Shown: piece by piece, positions 16,572 to 25,373 of the stretch | Layout of the letters: each line of letters begins with the position of its first letter | Position numbering within the stretch: the stretch's first letter is position 1 | Source: a virus | DNA length: 51,074 nucleotides | Virus record (IMG/VR): IMGVR_UViG_3300039239_000007 | Coordinates: 1 to 51,074 of that record | Direction: 5' to 3' (one strand) | Notes under the pieces: generated by a model | Databases searched by the model: none | What the model was told of the DNA's origin: nothing | The model's input: only the letters and a program-made list of their open reading frames with translations | Translations under genes and position numbers: made by a program

Positions 16572-16637
16572 TAACGACAAACCTCTGTATTCGTTTTTGT
16601 CTATAATTATATCGCCAATACTTTAGGAGATTTGATT

Positions 16638-16790
16638 ATGGATAGACCAACGCTACGGGCGATCGAAGATCACCTGATTGCTGCTCTTCGGTTGGCTGAA
16701 AAGGCAGACATCGGACTGGTAATATACTTGATAAATGTGATCCTGATGGACGTACGGGATAGGATATCAGGCAAGATAAAAGAAAACTAA
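16638..16790 (+). CDS. Small hypothetical protein (50 aa)
   Basis: Not in the ORF track because it is under 60 aa. Reads MDRPTLRAIEDHLIAALRLAEKADIGLVIYLINVILMDVRDRISGKIKEN. AGGAG lies 7 nt before the ATG. AT-rich locus. Confidence 0.4.
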   Translation: MDRPTLRAIEDHLIAALRLAEKADIGLVIYLINVILMDVRDRISGKIKEN

Positions 16791-16851
16791 CCGGACCATA
16801 TTCATCGACGCATCGCCCTCGACCTATGGCCGGGGGCTTTTCTTTACTCGC

Positions 16852-17439
16852 ATGCAGGCTGGGATAATGGCAGGAAACCAAGAGATGAGCAGCAACGGCT
16901 TCGATCCGATGGCCCAATATGCCCGATTATCCGAGCGGGTAGAGAACCAGGGCAAGGACATTGTCGATCTCCGGTCGAACATGAACACCGGGTTCCAGAC
17001 GATCAACACCAGCATTTCGCAGTTATCGAATGAGCTTCGGAACTCAAGCAAGACGCAGTGGCCGGTGATCTGGGCTGCCGCCGGCGTTTGCTTTACCGTT
17101 CTCGCCACCGGCGGTGCATTCTTCTACAACAGCCTCAGCAAGGGGCAGGATCGGCTTGACCTGATCGTGGCGAAAAATGCCGAGACATCACAGACGGCAA
17201 TCACCGCTGTTGTCGACAAGATGGTCACGCAGAAGGAAATGGAGTGGCGCACTGCTCGCGGCGCAGAGGACAGAGCCAGAATGGAAACCTCCATTAAAGA
17301 GGTCCGCGAAGCGCTTCAGAAGCAGATAGATGAGCAAAAGGCCAACTCCGCATCGGTCTACACGCCCCGTGATATTCTTCTGGATAATCGGGAGAGAATT
17401 GACCGGTTGGAGCGTCAACGGCTGTCACCGGGGGGCTGA
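16852..17439 (+). CDS. Membrane protein with coiled-coil flanks (single central TM)
   Basis: 195 aa with TM WPVIWAAAGVCFTVLATGGAFFY at about aa 70-92 and heptad-like charged helices on both sides. The exact start is uncertain. Confidence 0.5.
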   Translation: MQAGIMAGNQEMSSNGFDPMAQYARLSERVENQGKDIVDLRSNMNTGFQTINTSISQLSNELRNSSKTQWPVIWAAAGVCFTVLATGGAFFYNSLSKGQDRLDLIVAKNAETSQTAITAVVDKMVTQKEMEWRTARGAEDRARMETSIKEVREALQKQIDEQKANSASVYTPRDILLDNRERIDRLERQRLSPGG

Positions 17440-17607
17440 CGTGTCTTTGAACATATCCCAATAAGGATAATGTTCAGCGCACCACCAGTGCGGCTTTTCC
17501 ACCTTTGACTTGCTGTAGCCAAGGCCGCCCCAAACCTTGCAGCCTGGATGCTCGCAATAGTGCTCCTCGATCACCCCGTCGCCGGCCTTATTGGTCTGGT
17601 CGCTCAT
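17425..17607 (-). CDS. Small Cys/His-rich (zinc-binding-like) protein
   Basis: 60 aa, MSDQTNKAGDGVIEEHYCEHPGCKVWGG...HWWCAEHYPYW. AGGAG lies 7 nt upstream. Internal Met of ORF 17425..17649. Confidence 0.6.
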   Translation of the reverse strand: MSDQTNKAGDGVIEEHYCEHPGCKVWGGLGYSKSKVEKPHWWCAEHYPYWDMFKDTSAPR

Positions 17608-17608
17608 A

Positions 17609-18034
17609 TCAAGTCTCCTGATCCGATCTCTGCACCACGCGGATCCCATGCCGAATCCTGATAATCCGGTTGGTGGTGCGCTTTAGAACATCATAGGCCG
17701 CCAGCGCCACCGAAACATTGTTGGCTCCAGCCAGCCGGTTATACCGGCAACCGTCGTCATCGACCTCTTCCAGCGAATAATTGAACTGGTCGTCAAAGAA
17801 CGGCGTCTCGTCTGGCAAAGGCAGATTGGCCAGATAATCCTCTGTCCCCACCTCACAGAAGAATCGGCTCTCCGGGCCATAGACCCATGCCGCGGTCTTG
17901 CGATCCTCTATCTTCCCTCGCGCCTGATAACACACCTGCCACCGTCCGCCGGCGCAGACCAGCATTTCACCGCTGATGGGCTTTCTCGATATTGGAAGCT
18001 GTATTCTGATTCTTGGCGGGTACTTTTCACGCAC
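17609..18034 (-). CDS. Hypothetical protein (GTG start)
   Basis: 141 aa. GGAGGG lies 8 nt upstream of the GTG. The stop is 1 nt before the next minus-strand ATG. First gene reading away from the attP region. Confidence 0.55.
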   Translation of the reverse strand: MREKYPPRIRIQLPISRKPISGEMLVCAGGRWQVCYQARGKIEDRKTAAWVYGPESRFFCEVGTEDYLANLPLPDETPFFDDQFNYSLEEVDDDGCRYNRLAGANNVSVALAAYDVLKRTTNRIIRIRHGIRVVQRSDQET

Positions 18035-18360
18035 GGGCTTTCCCTCCGGTGACAGAGTTTCGTTTTCCCTTGATATCTTGATGCGCGCCGCCCAGCGCTG
18101 GTGCTGATTATGGGATAGGCGGGGAGGGAGTCAACAAAAAGAGAACGCTATCGGAACTCTCTATTCCCTCACCTCTATTCTGGTGAGGGGTTGATGCAAT
18201 ATTTGATTGGAAAATCAAAGGCTTAAAAAGTGAGTGGCGACCCCTGCAGAACTGGCAGTTTTGCCGCAATATATATGTATTTCAGATATTTAGACAAAAG
18301 GTGAGGGGAGTTTCGTGACGATTGATTTCGTTATCGAATTTTAGCCACTCCCCTCACCAT
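18035..18360. promoter_or_regulatory. Candidate attP region with repeated GGTGAGGGG-type motifs
   Basis: AT-rich, ORF-free stretch next to int. Motif copies lie at 18121..18130 (GGGGAGGGAG), 18166..18173 (CCCTCACC), 18182..18190 (GGTGAGGGG), 18300..18311 (GGTGAGGGGAGT) and 18347..18358 (ACTCCCCTCACC). A palindrome TTTGATT-ggaa-AATCAAA lies at 18202..18219. Confidence 0.5.
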
Positions 18361-19390
18361 AGTCTCTCGAAACCGAGAGCTTTTCCGCAGCAGCCTGCGC
18401 CAGCCTTCGCTTGTCCGCACCCTTCGTGTAAAGTGCAGCCATGGCATCCGAGTTCCATCCGAACAGCGCCTTCAGCTCTGCATTACTTCCCCCAGCTTCT
18501 GCCAGCTTTTGAGCTACCTGCTTGCGTATGCCATGCGCTCTACCCGACACGCCAGCGGCTGTGCACGCTTCCCCAAACCAGTTCCCGAATGATGCTGCGC
18601 TTTTGAACGGTCGACCCTGTTTTGGCGTCACAATATACGCCAGATGGCCGGATTTTACGCTCTGAAGCGTTGCCGAAAGAATAGGGTGAAGCGGGATAAA
18701 CAAATCTTCCCCGTTCTTCGTCGCCTTAATCTCGATCACGTCGTTCCTGATATGCTGCGGGCCAAGCCGATAAGCATCCGATCGCCGGAGGCCAGTGAAC
18801 AGCATGATCTCGAGCGCGAGCCGCTCCTGCGTGCCTGCCTCGTGCTTACGGTAAAACGCAATGACGTCTTCCTCCGTCCAGGGCGTAAAGCCGGAGGATT
18901 TGACCTTTGGCCGCTTCACGTCCTTGACGGGGTTGCTCTTGGCATATCCGGCGTCAACGGCCCACTCGAAGAGATATCCCATAACCTTCATGAAATTGAT
19001 TGCCGCGTGAGGCGTGTCTGCTCGTCGGTCGCGGCCAGCGGCGATGGTGGCTCTGGTGATTGCCGAGATCAGCATCTTCCCGCCGTTCTCGCATGCCTTC
19101 TTCATGATGTTGCGGCGGTTTGCCTGCGTGGACGGCTTCAGGCCGCGGAAGGCGGCGCTCTGTTGGTATTTATCGACCAGCCATTGCAGCGTGTGTTTGC
19201 CCGCTGGCTGCTGCGCTATTGTCTCGCCAGCTATCAGGGATTTCCAAGCTTTCACAAACTCGTCGGAGCCGTATTCACCCGGCAGGCGCGTTCTTTGCCC
19301 ATCACCAATGCGAAAATACCAGACGACCTTTCCGTGCCTGGTAATCTGTCGCTGAACATATTGGTATCTTGGCTTCGGCATAACCTCCAT
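18341..19390 (-). CDS. int: Tyrosine integrase
   Basis: 349 aa. N-terminal arm-binding-like KPRYQYVQRQITRHGKVVWYFRIG. Catalytic region with R (TGLRRSD), H-x-x-R (HGIRKQ) and Y (AALYTKG). Confidence 0.92.
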   Translation of the reverse strand: MEVMPKPRYQYVQRQITRHGKVVWYFRIGDGQRTRLPGEYGSDEFVKAWKSLIAGETIAQQPAGKHTLQWLVDKYQQSAAFRGLKPSTQANRRNIMKKACENGGKMLISAITRATIAAGRDRRADTPHAAINFMKVMGYLFEWAVDAGYAKSNPVKDVKRPKVKSSGFTPWTEEDVIAFYRKHEAGTQERLALEIMLFTGLRRSDAYRLGPQHIRNDVIEIKATKNGEDLFIPLHPILSATLQSVKSGHLAYIVTPKQGRPFKSAASFGNWFGEACTAAGVSGRAHGIRKQVAQKLAEAGGSNAELKALFGWNSDAMAALYTKGADKRRLAQAAAEKLSVSRDYGEGSG

Positions 19391-19572
19391 CAGAGATACC
19401 CCGAAGCGCTTTCTTCAAAGTCCTTTTCTGAATAACCCCCACTATCCCCGTTAATCACAACCGATCCATCAGGCTCGACGCGGATAGACTTGACTTCCAC
19501 GCCGGCCTTCTTCACGGCGCGAATAGCTCGCGACACGGAATCCTCAGTGAAGGCAACGGCACGTCTTCCCAT
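19390..19572 (-). CDS. Hypothetical protein upstream of int (possible directionality factor, unproven)
   Basis: 60 aa. Its TGA shares an A with the int ATG (TGATG). Confidence 0.45.
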   Translation of the reverse strand: MGRRAVAFTEDSVSRAIRAVKKAGVEVKSIRVEPDGSVVINGDSGGYSEKDFEESASGYL

Positions 19573-19724
19573 TATCCCTCGCTCCTTTCAAGCGCCGCTC
19601 GGCCGGCAGACAAAGCAGCATTGATCGCTTCCACAAAGGCAGGTCCGGGACCAAGTTTGCCGCCGTGGCGCTTATGCCAAGTGGCCCAAGCAGCGGCGAT
19701 CATCTCGGGGCTGGCTCTTTCCAT
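19572..19724 (-). CDS. Small hypothetical protein (50 aa)
   Basis: MERASPEMIAAAWATWHKRHGGKLGPGPAFVEAINAALSAGRAALERSEG. Both ends share a nucleotide with the neighbouring genes (TGATG and TAATG). Confidence 0.45.
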   Translation of the reverse strand: MERASPEMIAAAWATWHKRHGGKLGPGPAFVEAINAALSAGRAALERSEG

Positions 19725-20074
19725 CACCGCTCCTCCGATTGCAGGGCGCGGAGGCAGTGCGATAGGGCCAACAATGCATCCACCTCAGAAACCAATTGAG
19801 CCGCACGCGTATAGTCTTTGACGTTCCGCAGCTCGTCTGCTTCTTTCCTTGCCATACCGGCGTGGTGGTCTGCCAAGATAGCAGCCTCCTCCAGCGCCTT
19901 CGCCCTTGCCTCCTTCTCTCGCTTTCCTGCTTCGGATAGGAGTTGGCGGGAACGTTCGCGCTCGGTAAGAATGGCGCGGGCGACAAACATGTGCCAGCGA
20001 TTGTCGTTGTTCCAACGGAATTCAGACACGCATTCGTTTGCAGCCTGCATGATGTCGTCGGGGATATCAGTCAT
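19724..20074 (-). CDS. Hypothetical protein
   Basis: Internal Met MTDIPDDIMQAANE... of ORF 19724..20212. The start overlaps the stop of the upstream DUF551 gene. Confidence 0.55.
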   Translation of the reverse strand: MTDIPDDIMQAANECVSEFRWNNDNRWHMFVARAILTERERSRQLLSEAGKREKEARAKALEEAAILADHHAGMARKEADELRNVKDYTRAAQLVSEVDALLALSHCLRALQSEER

Positions 20075-20858
20075 TGCCGCCCTCCTGCTTTGCGGGTGCT
20101 GCGGGCAGAGGCATCCAGTGGGTTGGTGGATTTTCCCGATACCATCGGATTCCCAAAGACCGCTCATGAGGTCCACCCCAATACGGCTTAGGATTTCTCG
20201 CGAACCTGTCATTCTTAAAGTAGCCGGTGCTTATTGAGGCCCAGTGCTTTTCATCGGCGCGGAAAAGCATAATTATGCTTTCATCCTTCGGCGCTGTCTC
20301 AATCGGCCTCCACCCCGCCACGTCCTGCACCTGTGCGGAGAGCGCGGAGCGAATGCGTGACCGGCACGAAGCCACGTCTTTTGCATCGGCGATACGCCGG
20401 ATTTGCTCGTCCGATAGATTTTCAATCGCAACCGATATCGTTGGCGGAGTGGTGTATAGAGGCTGGATGGCGCAACCCGTATTGCTCTGGTACTCTCGCG
20501 CTGACCGTTCGCTGTGGTCCAATATCCAGCCGCCCGCAAAATCTTTGCACCGCCATGCAACTGGTCCCGCTTCCTTCACTGCCACGGATGGCGCGGGAGG
20601 GGCTGCGTACAGCGGTTCGATCCAGATTTCGTACTCGCTCATGTCATCGTCGGATATCGATGGCTTATGCTTGAAATAACGTCCATCGGGATTGTCTTTA
20701 TCGTGAATAAGGTAGCCTCGCGGCTCCGCAGCGGACAGGGCGGCTTCGAGGGCGGCGCGGATTGCAGGCTCGATCCAGCCCTCAAGCTGAAAACCTTCTG
20801 CGCCTGTGTCCTTCGCGTAAGCTTCAATGGCCCGCTTCATCATCTCATCAGTTACCAT
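20067..20858 (-). CDS. DUF551-domain protein (paralogue 1)
   Basis: The C-terminal GWRPIETAPKDESIIML...NPPTHWMPLPAAP matches the DUF551 signature. Confidence 0.7.
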   Translation of the reverse strand: MVTDEMMKRAIEAYAKDTGAEGFQLEGWIEPAIRAALEAALSAAEPRGYLIHDKDNPDGRYFKHKPSISDDDMSEYEIWIEPLYAAPPAPSVAVKEAGPVAWRCKDFAGGWILDHSERSAREYQSNTGCAIQPLYTTPPTISVAIENLSDEQIRRIADAKDVASCRSRIRSALSAQVQDVAGWRPIETAPKDESIIMLFRADEKHWASISTGYFKNDRFARNPKPYWGGPHERSLGIRWYRENPPTHWMPLPAAPAKQEGGND

Positions 20859-21366
20859 GGTGTTCGCCTCCTGTGCTGGCGAGGGCGGTGCGGGCGCGTC
20901 GGAAGTCTGCGTGCGTCAGGTAAATCCAGCCGACGCCTAGATCATCAGGCAGAGGGTTGCCGTGGTTGTCCTTGTCGAAATGGTCGCCCATGTATTCGGC
21001 GAAAGGCTTCAATGCCTCTTCAAGAGACTTCACGCGCTCCTCAATCTGTCGGCGGGAATATACGGGCTTGGACAGCGCCAATTCTGTCTCGAGGCGCATG
21101 ATTTCGCCCTTGGCTGCGTCGACGTATTCCCGGACGGGCTTGGAGCCACGCCAGTTTCCCGGCTCTCCTTTGCCCCCGCTGATGATCTGGTATATTTCGG
21201 CAACCGTGGAGTTGGCGCTGCGCGCCTCCATAGCGTGCGTCTGCGCTTGGAGCTTCAAATCCGATGTCAGGGTGAGCAAGCGGTCATTCTCGCTCTCTAA
21301 GGCGCCGATGCGCTCAGTGAGCGCCACGATTACGTCTGCGACCTTCTTTTCCTCGTCATATGTCAT
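20848..21366 (-). CDS. Hypothetical coiled-coil protein
   Basis: 172 aa. Both ends overlap neighbouring genes. Confidence 0.6.
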   Translation of the reverse strand: MTYDEEKKVADVIVALTERIGALESENDRLLTLTSDLKLQAQTHAMEARSANSTVAEIYQIISGGKGEPGNWRGSKPVREYVDAAKGEIMRLETELALSKPVYSRRQIEERVKSLEEALKPFAEYMGDHFDKDNHGNPLPDDLGVGWIYLTHADFRRARTALASTGGEHHGN

Positions 21367-21758
21367 GGCGTATCCTCGCGATAGAACGTGACGGGCCGGT
21401 AGACGACGGCCTTTTTGGGCTTTTCGGATTTTTGGAACCCCGGCGATTTGATCTTGCCCGCCGGACGGATGACGCCAGACGCCTTATCGCGCTGCCGGTT
21501 CGACTTAGCGATCTGCTTCACATCGTTCTTCGTCTTGAAGCGATGGCACTGGACGCAAATCGCCAAGCAATTCTCCAGGCTGTTATCGCCGCCCAAAGCA
21601 TCCGGCACGGCGTGGTCGTACTGGACGCCGAGTGATAGGCTGCAATTACAACGCTGGCCTTCCTCGAAGCCGTAGCGGGTGCCTGTGGCCTCGCAGCGAA
21701 TGCCGGAACGCTGCAATGCTTCCTGCTTGGTCTTGCGGGTAAACTCGGTCCGGCTCAT
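21363..21758 (-). CDS. HNH endonuclease
   Basis: C..C pair, then YDHAVPDALGGDNSLENCLAICVQCHRFKT (the H-N-H beta-beta-alpha metal finger). Confidence 0.85.
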   Translation of the reverse strand: MSRTEFTRKTKQEALQRSGIRCEATGTRYGFEEGQRCNCSLSLGVQYDHAVPDALGGDNSLENCLAICVQCHRFKTKNDVKQIAKSNRQRDKASGVIRPAGKIKSPGFQKSEKPKKAVVYRPVTFYREDTP

Positions 21759-21931
21759 GACACCACCTGCAAAGTAGCTGCCATCACGAAAAAGATCGCC
21801 GTTAAGCTGGCAACAAACCTGCCGTGAAATTTGGTGACTTGGCCACGTTTATCCATCTCGGCCATCGTGCCAAACATAGCCGCGAAGCAAAGAGAGATGG
21901 CGTACAGGACGATTGATATTGCACTGACCAT
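21755..21931 (-). CDS. Small 2-TM membrane protein (58 aa)
   Basis: MVSAISIVLYAISLCFAAMFGTMAEMDKRGQVTKFHGRFVASLTAIFFVMAATLQVVS. ATGA/TGATG overlaps at both ends. Not in the ORF track. Confidence 0.5.
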   Translation of the reverse strand: MVSAISIVLYAISLCFAAMFGTMAEMDKRGQVTKFHGRFVASLTAIFFVMAATLQVVS

Positions 21932-22134
21932 CACCTCTGCCCTCCCAGCGCGCGTGTCATCATGTCCCGCTTGCGGCGCTCCAGATCGCGTACTCGTCCT
22001 GTCTTTCCGTGGGATTGCTTTGCCTGTCGGATCTCGGCGTCGATCTCTGTTTGCCAGTTGTATTCACGGGCAAGGTTCTGTCTCGACTTCCAAGTGAGCC
22101 AGTGGTGGATGGCGCGGCGGATAAAGCGGTTCAT
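21931..22134 (-). CDS. Hypothetical basic protein
   Basis: 67 aa, translationally coupled on both sides. Confidence 0.5.
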   Translation of the reverse strand: MNRFIRRAIHHWLTWKSRQNLAREYNWQTEIDAEIRQAKQSHGKTGRVRDLERRKRDMMTRALGGQR

Positions 22135-22346
22135 GGTTTTTCTCCTTTGCCTGCCGCTGCGGCTTTGAAGAAGTTCAGCACGTCCTTCGGCTTTTCAAAG
22201 CTGATGCCTGTCTCGACAAGCCGCGTGGTCGAGTCCTGGCCGAACGGAGCCCATCGGCCATTTGCAAGCTCAATAGCAAAGCCGATTATTCCTCCGTCAT
22301 CGTTGACGATGGCCTTCGAGTGGCGATCCGCTGCGCGCATCTTCAT
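22131..22346 (-). CDS. Hypothetical protein
   Basis: 71 aa with 4-nt overlaps. Confidence 0.55.
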   Translation of the reverse strand: MKMRAADRHSKAIVNDDGGIIGFAIELANGRWAPFGQDSTTRLVETGISFEKPKDVLNFFKAAAAGKGEKP

Positions 22347-22540
22347 GCCGCACCTGTCTTTTCACACGCCGCTGGCGCCGTCCACTTCGTGTAGGCCATT
22401 GCCGCCACAGTGCCGGGCCAGACCATTATGGCCATGTAGAGATTGCGATCATCGGTTCGCCTGCCGCTTCGCGCTTCTGCCGCAGCAGTGATGCCAATGC
22501 CGATGGTGACGTAGAAGAGGCCGAAGATGACGTGTCTCAT
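22343..22540 (-). CDS. Small membrane protein
   Basis: 65 aa with two hydrophobic segments (VIFGLFYVTIGIGITAAA and YMAIMVWPGTVAAMAY). Confidence 0.5.
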   Translation of the reverse strand: MRHVIFGLFYVTIGIGITAAAEARSGRRTDDRNLYMAIMVWPGTVAAMAYTKWTAPAACEKTGAA

Positions 22541-23760
22541 TCGACGGCCCCCAAGATTTTCGACACCTCACAGCCAAGACCTTCCGCATGGAACTCGGCG
22601 GCGGATTCCAGACTGGTCTGGTTGTTGGCAATAGCGCGGATGGACATGCTGATCGATCGCGCCTTCTCCTTGCCGGCGGGCGACAGGTGCTTGATCTCAG
22701 CCTCAGCCCAGCCGCTTTCGATCTCTTTCAGAACAGACGGCGACACGCTGGTATTGGCAGCCATCGGCAGCATCTCGCGAGCGAACCGGATCAGCACGTC
22801 GCGCTCTGGATCGGTAGAGGCCGGAGCGTCGGAGGGGGATTCCGCTCCGGCCTCATCTACTGGCGTCATGCCAGCGTTATCCGACGACGGGGCAGGGAGT
22901 TCATCGTCGGAATTGGTGTTGGGCAGTATCTCTCCCGTGAGAGCGTCGTGGTCCTCGTCGGCGGTGATAGAGGCCGTGAATCCTTCGCGCTCGTCACTCG
23001 GCTGCTGTGTGGCTTCCCGCGATACTGCAAGCCGTTCAGACAGTGATGGCTTCGGCGTTATGTCACGCGCCGCTCGGGATCGGGTCGTATCTTCCATGTC
23101 GACCATCTCGTCATCGGTATAGACGCCGAGCATGGTGGCTGGTTCATAGATGCGGCACCAGTCGCGAGTTCCGCGGTAGATGAGCATGCGGGGGAAATTC
23201 TTTGGTGACCAAGGCGAATTGGTGCCGGTTGTCTTCCACTCGCCTACGGACCCGTCGAAGAGACGAACGCCGGGGATGCGAATGCCTGGCTTCAGAAACG
23301 AGACGAGCGGGCCGGTGCTGTCACCAACGGTGAATTCTTCATTGAAAGGCCTGTCGCTCATGTAGATGCGGGTATCGTCACCAGAGCCGGTAATGTGGTG
23401 ATGGAGGTTCATGCCGAGCTTGGCTTGGAGAACGGCGGCGACCAACTTCCCTTCGTAGCAGAGCTTTCCATGAACAACAGAAACGCACTGCGCGACCGCG
23501 AAAGGATCGAGCCCCCAGCGAACGGCTTGGTTCACAACCAGAAAGCAGTTCGAAATGATCGTGTCGTAGGGAAGAAGCTTCTTATCGTTCGCCTTGCCTT
23601 CCATGTAGAGGCTTTCCGGCATCAGCGTGGACCGCGCCATAACAGTCGCTACGCGCTGCATGTGCTCGAAACGAGAGGTATCAAACAGAGGAACAGCGTC
23701 GATCACCTCAATGCGCTCACGGACTGCGGTAGGCTGTTTCTGGTCAATGATGGCATTCAT
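22537..23760 (-). CDS. recT: RecT-like single-strand annealing protein with a long acidic C-terminal extension
   Basis: The N-terminal ~240 aa (AVRWGLDPFAVAQCVSVVHGKLCYEGKLVAAV...) resemble RecT. Lies directly downstream of a PD-(D/E)XK exonuclease gene. The C-terminal ~165 aa are D/E/S/P-rich. Confidence 0.6.
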   Translation of the reverse strand: MNAIIDQKQPTAVRERIEVIDAVPLFDTSRFEHMQRVATVMARSTLMPESLYMEGKANDKKLLPYDTIISNCFLVVNQAVRWGLDPFAVAQCVSVVHGKLCYEGKLVAAVLQAKLGMNLHHHITGSGDDTRIYMSDRPFNEEFTVGDSTGPLVSFLKPGIRIPGVRLFDGSVGEWKTTGTNSPWSPKNFPRMLIYRGTRDWCRIYEPATMLGVYTDDEMVDMEDTTRSRAARDITPKPSLSERLAVSREATQQPSDEREGFTASITADEDHDALTGEILPNTNSDDELPAPSSDNAGMTPVDEAGAESPSDAPASTDPERDVLIRFAREMLPMAANTSVSPSVLKEIESGWAEAEIKHLSPAGKEKARSISMSIRAIANNQTSLESAAEFHAEGLGCEVSKILGAVE

Positions 23761-23762
23761 GG

Positions 23763-24866
23763 TTATGCGGCCTCCTGCTCATCTGACGGAGGAGGAACAT
23801 CGCCCTCGATGCCGTTCAGGAATCTGGTGATTTTGCTCTTTTGGAAAGGGAGCATGGTGATCTTGCGCTCGCCGCCTTGGAACGGTTCGCGTCCGGGCCA
23901 ATGGCCATCATCGAGGCACTTGCGGATCGTGCGCAGCGCCCAGCGGATCATCGCCTCGCCGTGGTCAAGCTCGCTCGGGATCTCCTCGCCGCCGGGAAGA
24001 AGGATCGACTGATCGTTCATCTCGACATGCGCCGTGTCGGGAATGTCGTCGTTCAGGACATAGACGAGCACGAAGGTTTCGAATGGGATTTTCAGGAGCC
24101 GGCAGACCATGCGTGTCATCGCCGCCTGCAGGTAATATCCCGCGTCGAAAATCTGGCGCTGCATGAAGTCTTCATCCAGACTGCCAATCGTTTTCAGGTC
24201 GGCAAACACGCCATCGGCGTTCGGCATCGCGTCGGGGCGAACCTTCAGCCAAATCCCCGTCTCCGGGTCTTTAGCTGCCAGTGTGCGCTCTACGCGGCCA
24301 TTAAGGATGCCTTGCTGAACGAGCGGGTATGTGGCGGCGTCGGCACGAATGCGCTGGATCGTCTCCATCTGCTTGCTCGTGAGGACCATCAGGCGCTTGT
24401 CCTTCTGCTCCTTCATGTAGTCGCGGCAGACATTGGCGTTGTTGTTCCAAACCTTCACCACGCCTTTTTCATCCTGATATTTTTCAGGACGCACGACGAA
24501 GTTCTCTTCAAACACCTCATCTCCCAGCAGCAGGCAGTGAGCGGCCTTGCCGAAGATCAGCGCCTCAGTAGGGTCTTTAGGGTCGATACGATCCTTGTTC
24601 CAGTTCCACCGGCCCCAGAATTGCTTTGGGCTGCCGCCGTGGACCGGCAGAATTTCCTTGATGATGGACTTCGATACGGCCGGACCGTCAAACAGATCGC
24701 GGTCGTGGTGGTAGCGCTCAATCGGAACATTCCGGTATGCGCCAGGCTGGGAGATAACGCCGCCGTCATACTGCACTTCGCCCTTGACCGGCTTTACGCG
24801 CTTCAGGATCGCATCGATCGGGCTGGTGATATGCTCGAACTGGTCTTTGTCGATTATCTTTTCCAC
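23763..24866 (-). CDS. PD-(D/E)XK exonuclease (RecE/DUF3799-like)
   Basis: Motifs GKAAHCLLLGDEVFEENF, RPDAMPNADGVFADLKT and AGYYLQAAM. Paired with the RecT-like gene. Confidence 0.65.
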   Translation of the reverse strand: MEKIIDKDQFEHITSPIDAILKRVKPVKGEVQYDGGVISQPGAYRNVPIERYHHDRDLFDGPAVSKSIIKEILPVHGGSPKQFWGRWNWNKDRIDPKDPTEALIFGKAAHCLLLGDEVFEENFVVRPEKYQDEKGVVKVWNNNANVCRDYMKEQKDKRLMVLTSKQMETIQRIRADAATYPLVQQGILNGRVERTLAAKDPETGIWLKVRPDAMPNADGVFADLKTIGSLDEDFMQRQIFDAGYYLQAAMTRMVCRLLKIPFETFVLVYVLNDDIPDTAHVEMNDQSILLPGGEEIPSELDHGEAMIRWALRTIRKCLDDGHWPGREPFQGGERKITMLPFQKSKITRFLNGIEGDVPPPSDEQEAA

Positions 24867-25087
24867 GCGATGATCTCCTGATTTTCGAGCGCATCCGCCT
24901 TGAGGTAGCTTTCCGAAGCCAGCGAGATGGCGAGCATGAGCGTGCAGGTCACGAGAACCAGCGTTACAAACTCGATGAATTTGATTTTGCGGAAGTTCGA
25001 TGCAGCTCGCTTGTTGAGCGCTTCGAGGTAAGCTTCCCGATCATCCACTTCTTGTGTATTGGTGGTGGAGAAAGCGGAGGGCATCAC
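24854..25087 (-). CDS. Small membrane protein
   Basis: 77 aa with one TM (FIEFVTLVLVTCTLMLAISLA). Confidence 0.5.
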   Translation of the reverse strand: MMPSAFSTTNTQEVDDREAYLEALNKRAASNFRKIKFIEFVTLVLVTCTLMLAISLASESYLKADALENQEIIAWKR

Positions 25088-25350
25088 GCACCTGCCTTCA
25101 GACCGGCGATGAGCAAGTCTGCGTAGCTGATTGCTTCGCGAACCACTTCGTCAGGAGCATTGGTCGGAGAACCGTAAGCGATTGCATATCCCTGGATTAG
25201 AGCGGCCAAAGCTTGGCTTGCATAATGCTCTCGCTTCGTAAGCCCTGTGAACACATCGTTTTCGATTACATTGCCACGACCGTCCAATTTCTTAGGGAGG
25301 ATCAGCGGCGATGCTGGGCCGGTATCATCAATTCTGCGATCTGCGGTCAT
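25084..25350 (-). CDS. Hypothetical protein
   Basis: 88 aa with a 4-nt overlap downstream. Confidence 0.55.
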   Translation of the reverse strand: MTADRRIDDTGPASPLILPKKLDGRGNVIENDVFTGLTKREHYASQALAALIQGYAIAYGSPTNAPDEVVREAISYADLLIAGLKAGA

Positions 25351-25373
25351 TTCCTGCCCCTTTATATCTCGGG

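Noticed and set aside
16595-16612. TATAAT hexamer (16603..16608) upstream of the 50-aa ORF, considered as a promoter
   Set aside because: No acceptable -35 element lies at 16-18 nt spacing, and in an AT-rich stretch a single TATAAT is expected by chance.
18100-18135. Possible tRNA 3'-end fragment as the attP core (reverse complement reads ...TTGACTCCCTCCCCGCCTATCCCA)
   Set aside because: The T-loop consensus (TTCGA/TTCAA) and a correctly spaced CCA end are not present, so a tRNA target cannot be supported from the sequence alone.
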